Origin: Burkholderiales bacterium | GTDB lineage: Bacteria > Pseudomonadota > Gammaproteobacteria > Burkholderiales > SG8-39 | Length of the DNA: 38,858 bases | NCBI GenBank assembly: GCA_036522335.1 | Contig: DATDGA010000231.1 | Coordinates: 1-38,858 of the forward strand | Direction: 5' to 3' | Part shown: in pieces, positions 18,123 to 28,271 of the stretch | Numbering within the stretch: position 1 is the stretch's first letter | How the letters are laid out: every line of letters starts with the position of its first letter | The notes under the pieces: generated by a model | Told to the model about the DNA's origin: nothing | Database searches by the model: none | What the model saw: only the letters and a program-made list of their open reading frames with translations | Translations under genes and position numbers: made by a program

Positions 18123-19147
18123 ATCCAAGCGCTTCCTACCGAGCCCCTTGGTGGCTGCCCGGCGGACACCTGCAAACCCTGTACGGCGCGATGTTCGGCA
18201 ATTCAAGGGTTGGTTGGAAGAGAGAACGCTGGGACACGCCGGATGGCGATTTCATCGACGTCGATCGTCTGCCCGGCCCGGCGGACGCTCCGCTCGTAGC
18301 GCTTTTCCACGGGCTCGAGGGGAGTTCGAGCAGCCACTACGCTGTCGCGCTGGCGCGCGAACTTGCACGCCGCGGCTGGCGCGGTGCGGTGCCGCACTTT
18401 CGCGGCTGTTCGGGCGAGCCGAACAGACTGCCGCGGGCTTACCACTCGGGCGATGCGGAGGAGATCGGCTGGGTCCTCCGGCGCTTGCGCGACGAGTCTC
18501 ACGGCGCAACGCTCTTCGCGGTGGGCGTGTCGCTCGGCGGCAATGCGCTGTTGAAGTGGCTGGGCGGGGATGCGCGGGCGAAGGACGTGCTTGCGGCTGC
18601 CGCTGCGGTGTCAGCCCCGGTCGATCTCATGGCCGCAGGCGATGCGCTCGGCCGGGGATTCAACCTCGTCTACACCCATGCATTCCTGGCGACGCTGAAG
18701 GCAAAAGGCGAGGGCAAGCTCGAGAGCTTCCCAGGATTGTTCGACGGAAAGGCGATGCGGAGAGCGCGCACGCTGCGCGATTTCGACAACGTCGTCACGG
18801 CGCCCTTGCACGGGTTTCGGGACACCGATGAATACTGGACGCGCGCGAGCGCGAAGCCGGTGCTCGGCCGTATCGCGGTGCCGACGCTGCTCTTGAACGC
18901 CCGCAACGATCCGTTCATGCCTGAGGTGGCGCTCCCGGGCCGCGATGAAGTGTCTTCGGTGGTGCGCGTCGAGTTTCCCGACCAGGGCGGGCACGCGGCC
19001 TTTGTGAGCGCGCCTTTCCCCGGAAATCTGGATTGGATGCCGCAGCGGGTGACGGCTTTCTTTCGGGAAGCCATGGCCAGCCGCGAGGTTGGAGCGGCGG
19101 TGCGTCCGAATGAGACAATGTTGAATGAAGGCGCCATTCCCACATGA
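18119..19147 (+). CDS. Alpha/beta hydrolase, YheT-type
   Basis: HGLEGSSSSHY and the GVSLGGN nucleophile elbow. The proposed TTG start overlaps the upstream stop (TTGA), so the start is uncertain. Confidence 0.8.
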   Translation: MNPSASYRAPWWLPGGHLQTLYGAMFGNSRVGWKRERWDTPDGDFIDVDRLPGPADAPLVALFHGLEGSSSSHYAVALARELARRGWRGAVPHFRGCSGEPNRLPRAYHSGDAEEIGWVLRRLRDESHGATLFAVGVSLGGNALLKWLGGDARAKDVLAAAAAVSAPVDLMAAGDALGRGFNLVYTHAFLATLKAKGEGKLESFPGLFDGKAMRRARTLRDFDNVVTAPLHGFRDTDEYWTRASAKPVLGRIAVPTLLLNARNDPFMPEVALPGRDEVSSVVRVEFPDQGGHAAFVSAPFPGNLDWMPQRVTAFFREAMASREVGAAVRPNETMLNEGAIPT

Positions 19148-20532
19148 ATCTTCCACCGCAGGAAATCTTCAAGGCCTACGACATTCGCGGCGTCGTCGGG
19201 AAGTCTCTCACGATCGAAGGCGTGCGGCTCATCGGACAGGCGCTCGGCAGCGAGCTTCTCGATCGCGTCGGCAGTCGCGGGCAGCCGGAGATCGCAGTGG
19301 GTCGGGACGGTCGGCTTTCCGGGCCCGAGCTCGCCGAGGCCCTGATGGAGGGCATCCGCGCGAGCGGTGTGGACGTTGCCGAGATCGGAATGTTCGCCAC
19401 CCCGATCGCCTATTTCGCCGCGCACGAACTGGGTTGCGGCAGCGCGGTCGCGGTAACGGGCAGCCACAATCCGCCCGAATACAACGGACTGAAGATGGTG
19501 CTCGCGGGAATCACCCTCGCGGGCGAGGATGTTCAGCGGCTGCGCCAGCGGATCGTTTCCGGCCAGCTTGCACGCGGCGAGGGGCGGCACCGCCGCGCTG
19601 ATATCCGCGAAGCCTACCTGAACCGCATTGTCTCCGACGTGCGGCTCGCACGCCCCATGAAAATCGCGGTTGACTGCGGCAACGGCGTCGCCGGCGCGAC
19701 CGCAGGCGAGCTATACCGCCGGCTGGGCTGCGAAGTGCTGGAGCTCTACTGCAAGGTCGATGGCAACTTTCCAAATCATCATCCCGATCCTTCCCACCCG
19801 GAAAACCTGAAGGAGCTGATTTCCCTGGTGCGCAGGGAACGCGCCGAAATAGGGCTCGCGTTCGACGGCGACGGCGACCGGCTGGGCGTGGTGACGGCCG
19901 ACGGACAAATCATTTTCCCGGATCGGCAACTGATGTTGTTCGCGAAAGACGTGCTCTCGCGCCAGCCGGGCGCCGAGATCATCTACGACGTCAAGAGCAC
20001 GCGCAACCTCGCGCCGTGGATCCGTGAACACGGCGGCGTACCGAGTCTCTGGAAGACCGGTCACTCGCTTATCAAGGCGAGGATGCGCGAGCGCGGCGCG
20101 GCTCTCGCGGGAGAGATGAGCGGCCACGTGTTCTTCGTCGAGCGCTGGTATGGGTTCGACGACGCTCAGTACGCCGGCGCGCGCCTGCTGGAGATCCTGA
20201 GCAAGACGGCCGACGCCACCGCAGCGCTCAACGCGCTTCCAGATTCGATGAGCACGCCCGAGTTGCACCTGAAGCTCGCCGAGGGCGAGCCGCATCGGCT
20301 GATCGAGGCGCTCGGGAAGAGCGCTTCGTTCCCGGGGGCGATCGAGGTCATCAGGCTGGACGGGCTGCGGGTCGAGTATCCCGACGGGTTCGGACTGGCG
20401 CGTGCCTCAAACACAACGCCGGTGATCGTGTTGCGTTTCGAAGCCGATGATGAGGCGGGCCTGGATCGCATCAAAGCGGATTTCCGGCGGGTACTGCTCG
20501 CCGCAAAACCGGACGCGAAACTGCCGTTCTAA
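19144..20532 (+). CDS. algC: Phosphomannomutase/phosphoglucomutase
   Basis: TGSHNPPEYNG phosphoserine loop and FDGDGDR metal site. ATGA overlap with the upstream gene. Confidence 0.9.
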   Translation: MNLPPQEIFKAYDIRGVVGKSLTIEGVRLIGQALGSELLDRVGSRGQPEIAVGRDGRLSGPELAEALMEGIRASGVDVAEIGMFATPIAYFAAHELGCGSAVAVTGSHNPPEYNGLKMVLAGITLAGEDVQRLRQRIVSGQLARGEGRHRRADIREAYLNRIVSDVRLARPMKIAVDCGNGVAGATAGELYRRLGCEVLELYCKVDGNFPNHHPDPSHPENLKELISLVRRERAEIGLAFDGDGDRLGVVTADGQIIFPDRQLMLFAKDVLSRQPGAEIIYDVKSTRNLAPWIREHGGVPSLWKTGHSLIKARMRERGAALAGEMSGHVFFVERWYGFDDAQYAGARLLEILSKTADATAALNALPDSMSTPELHLKLAEGEPHRLIEALGKSASFPGAIEVIRLDGLRVEYPDGFGLARASNTTPVIVLRFEADDEAGLDRIKADFRRVLLAAKPDAKLPF

Positions 20533-20598
20533 CAAGTTGTTGAAAAAGGGGGTACGTCTCCTTTAGATCCTGCAAGGATTTGAGAAAGGGCCGCAGCG

Positions 20599-21342
20599 CT
20601 AGGCACAATCCGGCGGGATCAGATCGAGCCGATCGGTAAAAACCGCGTTCACACCCCAAGAGAACAGTCTTCTCGCGGTTTCCGGCTCGTTCACGGTGTA
20701 GCAAAGGAGCCAGTAGCCGGCATCCAGGATTTCAGCCGCAAGCGCCTCGCTCAGGTACTTGAAGTTGCAATGCACGGATACGCAGTCGAGTACCCGCGCG
20801 GCTTCATTCCAACCGGGCTCGATGCGGTCGGTCAGATATCCGCGATCGATATCCGGCGCTATGGTGCGGGCGACCTCGAGCGGACTCCGCCGAAAAGACG
20901 ATAGCAGCGGTGCCGGCGAAGCGCCGTGCCATAGGCTTCGCACGAGGCTCGCGACAGCGGATGCCGTTTCGCGCTCGAACCCCGTCGCGGGCTTGATCTC
21001 CACATTGGCCCAGAGTCCCAGCTCGACACACAGCTTCCCGGCTTGTTCGAGCGAGGGCAAGCGCACGCCGCGGTACTTGCTGCTGAACCAGGAACCCGCG
21101 TCCAGGCTCGCGAGCTCCGCGTAGGGCGTGTCGGCCACCGTGCCCCGGCCGTCAGTAGTGCGATCGAGCGTCTCATCGTGGATCAGCAATGGAATCTTGT
21201 CGGAGGAAAGCATCACGTCGAACTCGACGCCGCCGAAACCCATCTCTGCGGCCTTGCGAATGCCCTCAAGGGTGTTCTCGGGGGCCAACGCGCCGCCTCC
21301 GCGATGTGCAACTACTCGTGGATGGAGCCAGGGTCGAGGCAT
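20599..21342 (-). CDS. ugpQ: Glycerophosphodiester phosphodiesterase
   Basis: VAHRGGGALAPENTLEG...EFDVMLSSDKIPLLIHDETLDRTT is the GDPD signature. I chose the ATG at 21342 inside ORF 20599-21420. Confidence 0.85.
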   Translation of the reverse strand: MPRPWLHPRVVAHRGGGALAPENTLEGIRKAAEMGFGGVEFDVMLSSDKIPLLIHDETLDRTTDGRGTVADTPYAELASLDAGSWFSSKYRGVRLPSLEQAGKLCVELGLWANVEIKPATGFERETASAVASLVRSLWHGASPAPLLSSFRRSPLEVARTIAPDIDRGYLTDRIEPGWNEAARVLDCVSVHCNFKYLSEALAAEILDAGYWLLCYTVNEPETARRLFSWGVNAVFTDRLDLIPPDCA

Positions 21343-21447
21343 GCGTCGAATCGATCGATTGACGTGAAATCCCGGGAGGGGAACATTATAGGCACCGGAT
21401 ACCGCCCAGCCATCGGACACATGGGCGATACCGCGGTATGAGCTGAT

Positions 21448-21483
21448 AAAAAAAAACGGGGGAAGGGAGGGTTTCCCCCGTTT
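21448..21483 (-). terminator. Rho-independent terminator on the minus strand
   Basis: The minus strand reads AAACGGGGGAA-accctccc-TTCCCCCGTTT followed by a U-run (9 A's on the plus strand at 21448-21456). Confidence 0.75.
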
Positions 21484-21565
21484 AGCCGCCGTTTGCTGGG
21501 CCGGCGGGCAACCGAAATGCTCAACCAGTATTGCTTTTTTTCGATTGGCGGGCGTATAAAACTAT
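21448..21565 (-). ncRNA. Candidate ~118-nt transcript: small RNA or terminator-containing leader of ugpQ
   Basis: Minus-strand sigma70-like promoter TTGTTC (21595-21600), 17-nt spacer, TATGAT (21572-21577). No credible ORF lies between it and the intrinsic terminator at 21448-21483. Confidence 0.35.
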
Positions 21566-21869
21566 GACGGCATCATATCATCTCACCCATTGACGAACAA
21601 GCTCGCGACTCGCGTTTGCCCTGAGGATTTCCGAAGGCCTTGTGCACAATCTGACGAAACTGATTTCGAAGACTGTGTGTTCGTGACTTATTCACGAATC
21701 CCTCGGCGCACGCGAGCCAGCCAATAGCCGGCCGAAGAATCGGGAGCGATGATCGCTCCGGCTGGGTGGGGGGCGGGTTCGATGTCCCGGCCGCGGCGCC
21801 CAGCGCCACCCTCAGCGAACACGTTTCTCCGATGCTAGTATTTGAAACGCCTTTCCTGCAGCTTCGCGC

Positions 21870-22844
21870 ATGGACACTTTGCATTATTCTCTGCTTCGCG
21901 TTCTGGCCGACGGCGGGTTTCACTCGAGTAAGAGGCTCGCACAGACATTGGGTCTTTCCGACACCGGGGTGAGGAGCCTCATAGAAAAGATCGAAGCGCT
22001 GAGCCTCCGCGTGCTCAAAGTGCGCGGCCGCGGATACCGGCTTGCCGAAGCGCTTGATCTACTCGATCCCGAAGAGATCGTGGCGCAATTGAAACGGATC
22101 TCTCCGGGACTCTGCGCGGAAGTGCTCGACGAATGTCGGTCGACCAACACCGTTCTCGCCGGCCGTGCTGCGGCGGGAGCACCGCACGGCGCGGTACTGG
22201 TGTGCGAGCATCAGAGCGCGGGGCGCGGCCGTCGCGGGAATTCCTGGGTTTCGGCGGTCGGCGAGAGCCTGGCGTTCTCCATTCTGTGGCGCTTTCCCCA
22301 CGGTGCCGGAGCACTAGGGGGCTTGAGCCTCGCCGTGGCGGTTGCCGCAGCGAGGGCGCTCGAACGGCTGGGTACGGGTGGCGTGACGGTCAAATGGCCG
22401 AATGACCTGTATTGTGAGGGATGCAAGCTCGGTGGCATATTGATCGAAATATCAGGAGGCGTTTTGGGCCCGAGCATGGCAGTCGTGGGAGTCGGTATCA
22501 ATGTGCGACTGGGCGCTCCGACGCGCGAGCGAATCGGTCGGCTGGCGACCGACATGGCAAGCCACAGCGACACGGTTCCGTCGCGCACCACGGTACTAGT
22601 CGGGCTGCTCGAGTCCATTGCCGCGGTCCTCAAGCAGTTTTCGTTCGAGGGCTTCGCGCCGTTTCGCGAGGAGTGGCTGCAGCGTCACGCTTGGCAGGGC
22701 AGGCGAGTATCGTTGTCGCAAGCCGATCGGCGCGTGGCGGAAGGCAGGGTGGTCGGGGTGGCAGAGGATGGGGCGCTCATGCTCGTCTCGGTCAAGGGGA
22801 TCGAACATTTCCACAGCGGCGAGCTCTCGCTCGGGCCGGAATGA
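21870..22844 (+). CDS. birA: Bifunctional biotin-[acetyl-CoA-carboxylase] ligase / biotin operon repressor
   Basis: N-terminal wHTH (RLAQTLGLSDTGVRSLIEKIEAL) and the GRGRRGNSW biotin-binding loop. Confidence 0.9.
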   Translation: MDTLHYSLLRVLADGGFHSSKRLAQTLGLSDTGVRSLIEKIEALSLRVLKVRGRGYRLAEALDLLDPEEIVAQLKRISPGLCAEVLDECRSTNTVLAGRAAAGAPHGAVLVCEHQSAGRGRRGNSWVSAVGESLAFSILWRFPHGAGALGGLSLAVAVAAARALERLGTGGVTVKWPNDLYCEGCKLGGILIEISGGVLGPSMAVVGVGINVRLGAPTRERIGRLATDMASHSDTVPSRTTVLVGLLESIAAVLKQFSFEGFAPFREEWLQRHAWQGRRVSLSQADRRVAEGRVVGVAEDGALMLVSVKGIEHFHSGELSLGPE

Positions 22845-23560
22845 TACTCGCGATCGACTGCGGCAATTCTCGGGTGAAATGGGGGCTGCACCAAGACGGC
22901 GGCTGGCGTGGCATTGGCACCGTCCCCGTAGCGGAACTCGCGCGAGCACAGAAGCGCTGGATGAGAATCGTCGCGACCGACAAGGTGGTGATCGCCAACG
23001 TAGCGGGGCCGTCCATGCGTCGGCGGCTGGAAGGCTTCTTTGCCCGCCGATCCGTAGCGCCGATCTGGGTCGTTGCGAAGCGTCGCGAGTGCGGGGTGAC
23101 GAACGGTTACGTCAAGCCGGAGCAGCTCGGGGTCGACCGGTGGGCTGCGCTGATCGGCGCGTGGTCGATTCTCCGCGCACCCTGCCTCGTGGTTACCGCA
23201 GGGACTGCGACAACTGTTGATGTTCTGCGAGGCGATGGTACCTTCGCAGGCGGTGCGATTCTTCCGGGGTTAGACCTCATGAAACGCTCGCTTGCGGACA
23301 ACACGGCGGGATTGCCGCTCGCAAAAGGCCGCTTCTCCAACGAGCCACGCAATACCGCAGATGCCATCGAGACCGGCTGCTTGCTCGCGCAGGCCGGTGC
23401 GATCGAGCGGGCGTTCGCGACGATGGAGCATGGCGCCGTTTGCGTGCTCGCGGGCGGAGCCGCGAGCCGAATCGCCCGGCATCTCGGCGTTCCCCTGAGG
23501 CTTGTGGACAATCTCGTCCTGGAAGGCCTGATCCGAATCGCCGAGGCCGGAAGAAAATGA
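22841..23560 (+). CDS. coaX: Type III pantothenate kinase
   Basis: MILAIDCGNSRVKWG N-terminal motif. ATGA overlap with birA. Conserved birA-coaX arrangement. Confidence 0.88.
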   Translation: MILAIDCGNSRVKWGLHQDGGWRGIGTVPVAELARAQKRWMRIVATDKVVIANVAGPSMRRRLEGFFARRSVAPIWVVAKRRECGVTNGYVKPEQLGVDRWAALIGAWSILRAPCLVVTAGTATTVDVLRGDGTFAGGAILPGLDLMKRSLADNTAGLPLAKGRFSNEPRNTADAIETGCLLAQAGAIERAFATMEHGAVCVLAGGAASRIARHLGVPLRLVDNLVLEGLIRIAEAGRK

Positions 23561-23573
23561 AGTCCGGGAACCC

Positions 23574-24269
23574 GTGAGAGTCGTGTTTTTTCTGCTGGTG
23601 CTCGCCAACCTCGGTTTCCTTGCCTGGGTCTATTTCGGCGCCGGCGCTACGCAGGAACCGCAACTGATGGAGCAGCAGCTCAACCCGCAGGCGATTCGGG
23701 TCCTAAACGCCGAGCAACTCGCCGCGCTTGCAGCCGAGCATGCAAAACAGACCGCCGAGCGGGCAAAGACCCCTCCCAAAGCTGTCCTTGCTGCGTGTCT
23801 GGAGCTGGGAGCCTTCAATGCGGGCGATGTGCCCCGCGTGCAACAGCTCCTCGAGCCGCTCGCGCTCGGGTCGAAACTCTCCCAGCGCCGAGAGGAAGAG
23901 ATCGCCGGCTACTGGGTATTCATGCCGCCACAACGCAACCGGCAAGCGGCGAATCAAAAAGCCGCGGAACTGCGAAAGCTCGGCGTCGAAGACTTCTTTG
24001 TCGTGCAGGAGGATCCCAAGTTCCGCTTCGCTATTTCCCTGGGCGTGTTCAAGACCGAGGAAGCAGCGCAGGCACGGCTCGCGGAGCTGCACGCAAAGCG
24101 GATACGCACCGCCCGGGTCGGCGCCAGGGAAACTCCGGTGCAGAGGATCTACTTTGCCGTGAGGGAAGTTCCCGAGGCGGTTGTCTCGAGACTCAACGAA
24201 TTGCGGCAGGGTTTTCCAGGCAGCGAGCTCAAAGACTGTTCGGCTGAGGCAAACCGCGCGCAGAATTGA
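23574..24269 (+). CDS. SPOR domain-containing membrane protein
   Basis: N-terminal TM segment plus a C-terminal YWVFMPP...AAELRKLGVEDFFVV...ISLGVFKTEEAAQARLAEL SPOR-like repeat. GTG start. Confidence 0.75.
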   Translation: MRVVFFLLVLANLGFLAWVYFGAGATQEPQLMEQQLNPQAIRVLNAEQLAALAAEHAKQTAERAKTPPKAVLAACLELGAFNAGDVPRVQQLLEPLALGSKLSQRREEEIAGYWVFMPPQRNRQAANQKAAELRKLGVEDFFVVQEDPKFRFAISLGVFKTEEAAQARLAELHAKRIRTARVGARETPVQRIYFAVREVPEAVVSRLNELRQGFPGSELKDCSAEANRAQN

Positions 24270-24289
24270 ACGGCAAGAAACCGCCCGCG

Positions 24290-24778
24290 CTAGGTTCCGA
24301 GAATTTTCTTGAGCAGCGCAGTGGTCGAGCGTTGGTGCTTGAAGGCGATGGAATGAACGCTGCCTCCCCAGCCCCGTACTTCGGCGGCCCCGACCATCGT
24401 TTCGGCCTTCCAGTCTCCGCCCTTCACCAGAACGTCCGGACGGCAGGCGAGGATCAGCGAAAGGGGCGTGTCCTCATTGAACCAGGTGACGACGTGCACG
24501 GCTTCAAGCGCTGCTACCACCGCCATGCGGTCGGCGAGAGGGTTGAACGGGCGCTCTTCCCCCTTGCCGAGGCGCTTCACCGACCCGTCGCTATTGATCG
24601 CAACCAGAAGGGTCATCCCGAGAGCGCGCGCCTCCGCGAGGTAAGTGACATGCCCGCGGTGCAGAATGTCGAAGACGCCATTGGTGAACACGAGCGGACG
24701 CTCGCAATTGCGCAGCCGCACTCCAAGCTCCTGTGGCGGGCAGATCTTGTGCTCGAATGGACTTTCCGTCGAATTCAT
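24290..24778 (-). CDS. hldC: D-glycero-beta-D-manno-heptose 1-phosphate adenylyltransferase (RfaE domain II)
   Basis: FTNGVFDILHRGHVTYL (HxGH nucleotidyltransferase motif), about 162 aa. I chose the ATG at 24778 inside ORF 24290-24982. Confidence 0.85.
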   Translation of the reverse strand: MNSTESPFEHKICPPQELGVRLRNCERPLVFTNGVFDILHRGHVTYLAEARALGMTLLVAINSDGSVKRLGKGEERPFNPLADRMAVVAALEAVHVVTWFNEDTPLSLILACRPDVLVKGGDWKAETMVGAAEVRGWGGSVHSIAFKHQRSTTALLKKILGT

Positions 24779-24927
24779 TCTGTACGAGAGCGCGAGAGAT
24801 CTTCTGGGCCGAAGAGGGCCCGATGGGCTCGGGCGACCAAGATATGGAACGAAGGGAATGGGTGTGCGCTGCAGCGGAGCGGGACCATCCGGATATCTTA
24901 CCCGATGGTGCCCACCGGGCCGGGGCT

Positions 24928-24956
24928 TTGACAGAACCCTCCGCGGACTGTAATTT
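24928..24956 (+). promoter_or_regulatory. Sigma70-like promoter for the glutathione peroxidase gene
   Basis: TTGACA (24928-24933), 17-nt spacer, TAATTT (24951-24956), ending 26 nt upstream of the ATG at 24983. Confidence 0.55.
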
Positions 24957-24982
24957 AGTCCGAGTTCACCGGACTCGCGCAC

Positions 24983-25534
24983 ATGCGTTTCGTTTTCGGA
25001 TTTCTACTCTCCGCCCTGATCTCCTCGACCGCGCTTGCCGCGTGTCCGCCGCTGCTCGAGCATACGCTTCCGAGCCTGACCGACCAGGCCACGCCGCTCT
25101 GCCAATTCAAGGGGAAAGTGCTGCTCGTCGTGAATACCGCGAGCGAATGCGGGTATACCCCCCAGTACGAGGGGCTTGAGGCGCTGTATCGACGTTACCG
25201 CGGAATGGGGCTTGTGGTGCTGGGATTCCCGGCAAACGATTTCGGTGGCCAGGAGCCTGGAGGAAACCGCGATATCGCCAGGTTTTGCGAGGTCAACTAC
25301 GGCGTGACCTTTCCGATGTTCGCGAAATCCCCTGTGGTGGGTGGCAACATCAATCCGTTTTTCGCGACGCTGGCGGTCAAGACCGGCGAGCGGCCTCGCT
25401 GGAACTTTCACAAATACCTGATCGACCGCTCGGGCGAAAAGGTATCGTCCTACGGCAGCGAAATCACACCCGACGACCGCAGACTCGTCGGTGATATCGA
25501 GCGGATGCTGTCGGCGTCCGCGGGTAAGCCTTAG
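24983..25534 (+). CDS. Glutathione peroxidase (secreted; signal peptide)
   Basis: VNTASECGYTPQY (peroxidatic Cys) and FPANDFGGQEPG. Hydrophobic N-terminal signal. Confidence 0.88.
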   Translation: MRFVFGFLLSALISSTALAACPPLLEHTLPSLTDQATPLCQFKGKVLLVVNTASECGYTPQYEGLEALYRRYRGMGLVVLGFPANDFGGQEPGGNRDIARFCEVNYGVTFPMFAKSPVVGGNINPFFATLAVKTGERPRWNFHKYLIDRSGEKVSSYGSEITPDDRRLVGDIERMLSASAGKP

Positions 25535-25553
25535 AAGCGGGTCGCCTCCGAAG

Positions 25554-26794
<1,241 letters not shown>

Positions 26795-26868
26795 CTACCG
26801 CAACCCCTCTCAGCGCCTTGGGGCAGCGCCTGCGCGCGGGCGCCGATACGCGGGCGGGCGCGAAAGCT

Positions 26869-27207
26869 TCAGACCGAAAACGCGTCGCGTATCCACTCGA
26901 GTCGTGGCGGCTCCAGGCGCTCAAGGAGCACGACGTCGAACCGGCAGGGCATTTCTTTCTTGCCCGCGAGGTAGTGGCGCGCCGCAGCGACAATCCGCAT
27001 CTGTTTGCGCCGATCGACGCTGTAGGCGGTGCCGCCGAAACCCTTCGAGCGGCGGAGTTTGACTTCGGCAAAGACGAGCGTATCCCCGTCCGTCAGGATA
27101 AGGTCGATTTCGCCCCAGCGGCAGCGATATCGGGATTCGATCAGGGCCAAGCCCTTGCGTTGCAAGTAGACCGCGGCAATATGCTCGGCTTCTTCGCCGG
27201 CCTTCAC
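26869..27207 (-). CDS. yraN: YraN family (UPF0102) endonuclease-like protein
   Basis: GEEAEHIAAVYLQRKGLALIESRYRCRWGEIDLI...FAEVK matches UPF0102. The GTG start overlaps the lpoA-like stop (GTGA). Confidence 0.82.
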   Translation of the reverse strand: MKAGEEAEHIAAVYLQRKGLALIESRYRCRWGEIDLILTDGDTLVFAEVKLRRSKGFGGTAYSVDRRKQMRIVAAARHYLAGKKEMPCRFDVVLLERLEPPRLEWIRDAFSV

Positions 27208-28271
27208 TTCGCGCTCTCGAGGGACACGCCCACACCATCGCGGAAGACCGCCTGGATCGGCTCGCGCTGAAGCGCACTGCCGCCGCGATAGGAAATCCTC
27301 CCGGTCACTCCGTCCAGATTGATGCGTTGCTGCCCCGAGAGGAGTTCGGCTGCGATTCGGCACGAGTCGATGCCCAGAGCGTAAAAACGCTGCAGGTCCG
27401 CGGAAAGGCTTTCCAGCCGCGGATAGACCATTACCGCGGCATGGTCGGGTTGCACGAGCCAGGGCATGTCAACGAAGCGTATGCCGTTCAAATCGCCGTT
27501 GACGAGCGGATCGTTCTTCCCGTCGTTTACCTGGGAGGTCGCGAAAACCGGGATCTGGTTGTTCAGATACGGGCGCACAACCCGCGCCTGGCCGGCCTCC
27601 GCCGCAAGAAAAACGAGCTGTGCCTGCGAGTCTGCAAGGCGCTGCCTCAGTTCGACGAGGTCGCCCTGCTGACCGAACTCCCGCACGTCACTGATACGGC
27701 TGCCGAGCGAGAACCACTCGTCCGCGAAAGCCCTGCTCAGGCGCCTGGCGAGCAGATTCGACGCTTGCACCACCACGGCATCGCGGAGTCCGCGCGCGTA
27801 GGCCATGCGCGCCACCATTCGCGCCTCGGTCTCCAAGGAGAGACCGAAGGTGTACAGACGCGGCGGAAGAGGTGCGTCGCCTTCCGCGACGTTCAACGCG
27901 AGCGTCACCACGCTGATGCGGCCGGACGCTGCGAGCGCGGTGACGCCGGAGCGGGTCAGCGGACCGACAATCACTCCCGCGCCCCGTTGCACGGCGGCAT
28001 CGTACTCGGCGAGGATACTTTCTGGCTGGGCATCGGGGCGCACGACCTGCAGGGGCTGCCGATTCTCCGCCAAGCCGAGCGCGGCCTGGCACCCCAGACG
28101 CACGGCTTCGGCCGCCCGCGCAAACTCCGGTGCGTTGAGCGGGAGCAGCAGGCCTATCGATGGCCGTTCGCCCAAAGGCCGGCTTGCCGGAATGTCGATG
28201 GCCGCGCACAATGCCGGACTCAACAGAGTCAACAGAGCGAAGCAGAATTGGGTGCGAGGACCGGGAAGCAT
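27204..28271 (-). CDS. lpoA: Penicillin-binding protein activator LpoA-like (LppC family, periplasmic-binding fold)
   Basis: Signal peptide FCFALLTLLSPALCA, then IGLLLPLNAPEFARAAEAVRLG... Lies divergent to rsmI as in the E. coli yraL/yraM arrangement. The start is either 28271 or 28298. Confidence 0.72.
   Translation of the reverse strand: MLPGPRTQFCFALLTLLSPALCAAIDIPASRPLGERPSIGLLLPLNAPEFARAAEAVRLGCQAALGLAENRQPLQVVRPDAQPESILAEYDAAVQRGAGVIVGPLTRSGVTALAASGRISVVTLALNVAEGDAPLPPRLYTFGLSLETEARMVARMAYARGLRDAVVVQASNLLARRLSRAFADEWFSLGSRISDVREFGQQGDLVELRQRLADSQAQLVFLAAEAGQARVVRPYLNNQIPVFATSQVNDGKNDPLVNGDLNGIRFVDMPWLVQPDHAAVMVYPRLESLSADLQRFYALGIDSCRIAAELLSGQQRINLDGVTGRISYRGGSALQREPIQAVFRDGVGVSLESAK

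Noticed and set aside
21312-21524. 70-aa ORF on the minus strand (TTG start) between the candidate promoter and ugpQ.
   Set aside because: It reads straight through a strong intrinsic terminator and into the ugpQ upstream region. It has no RBS and a basic low-complexity sequence.
21770-21805. tRNA/tmRNA-like T-arm sequence GGGTTCGATGTCCCGG upstream of birA.
   Set aside because: The flanks do not form a 5-bp T-stem (at best 4 bp with an 8-nt loop). No acceptor stem or CCA-proximal pairing could be built by hand.
21573-21923. 116-aa minus-strand ORF overlapping the birA start.
   Set aside because: It overlaps the well-supported birA N-terminus and spans the palindrome-rich non-coding region. 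It has no RBS and no recognisable family features.
27327-28247. The 5' ~300 codons of the 601-aa ORF 27327-29132.
   Set aside because: This part is antisense to the lpoA-like gene and Arg/His-rich. RsmI homology begins only at about 28293.
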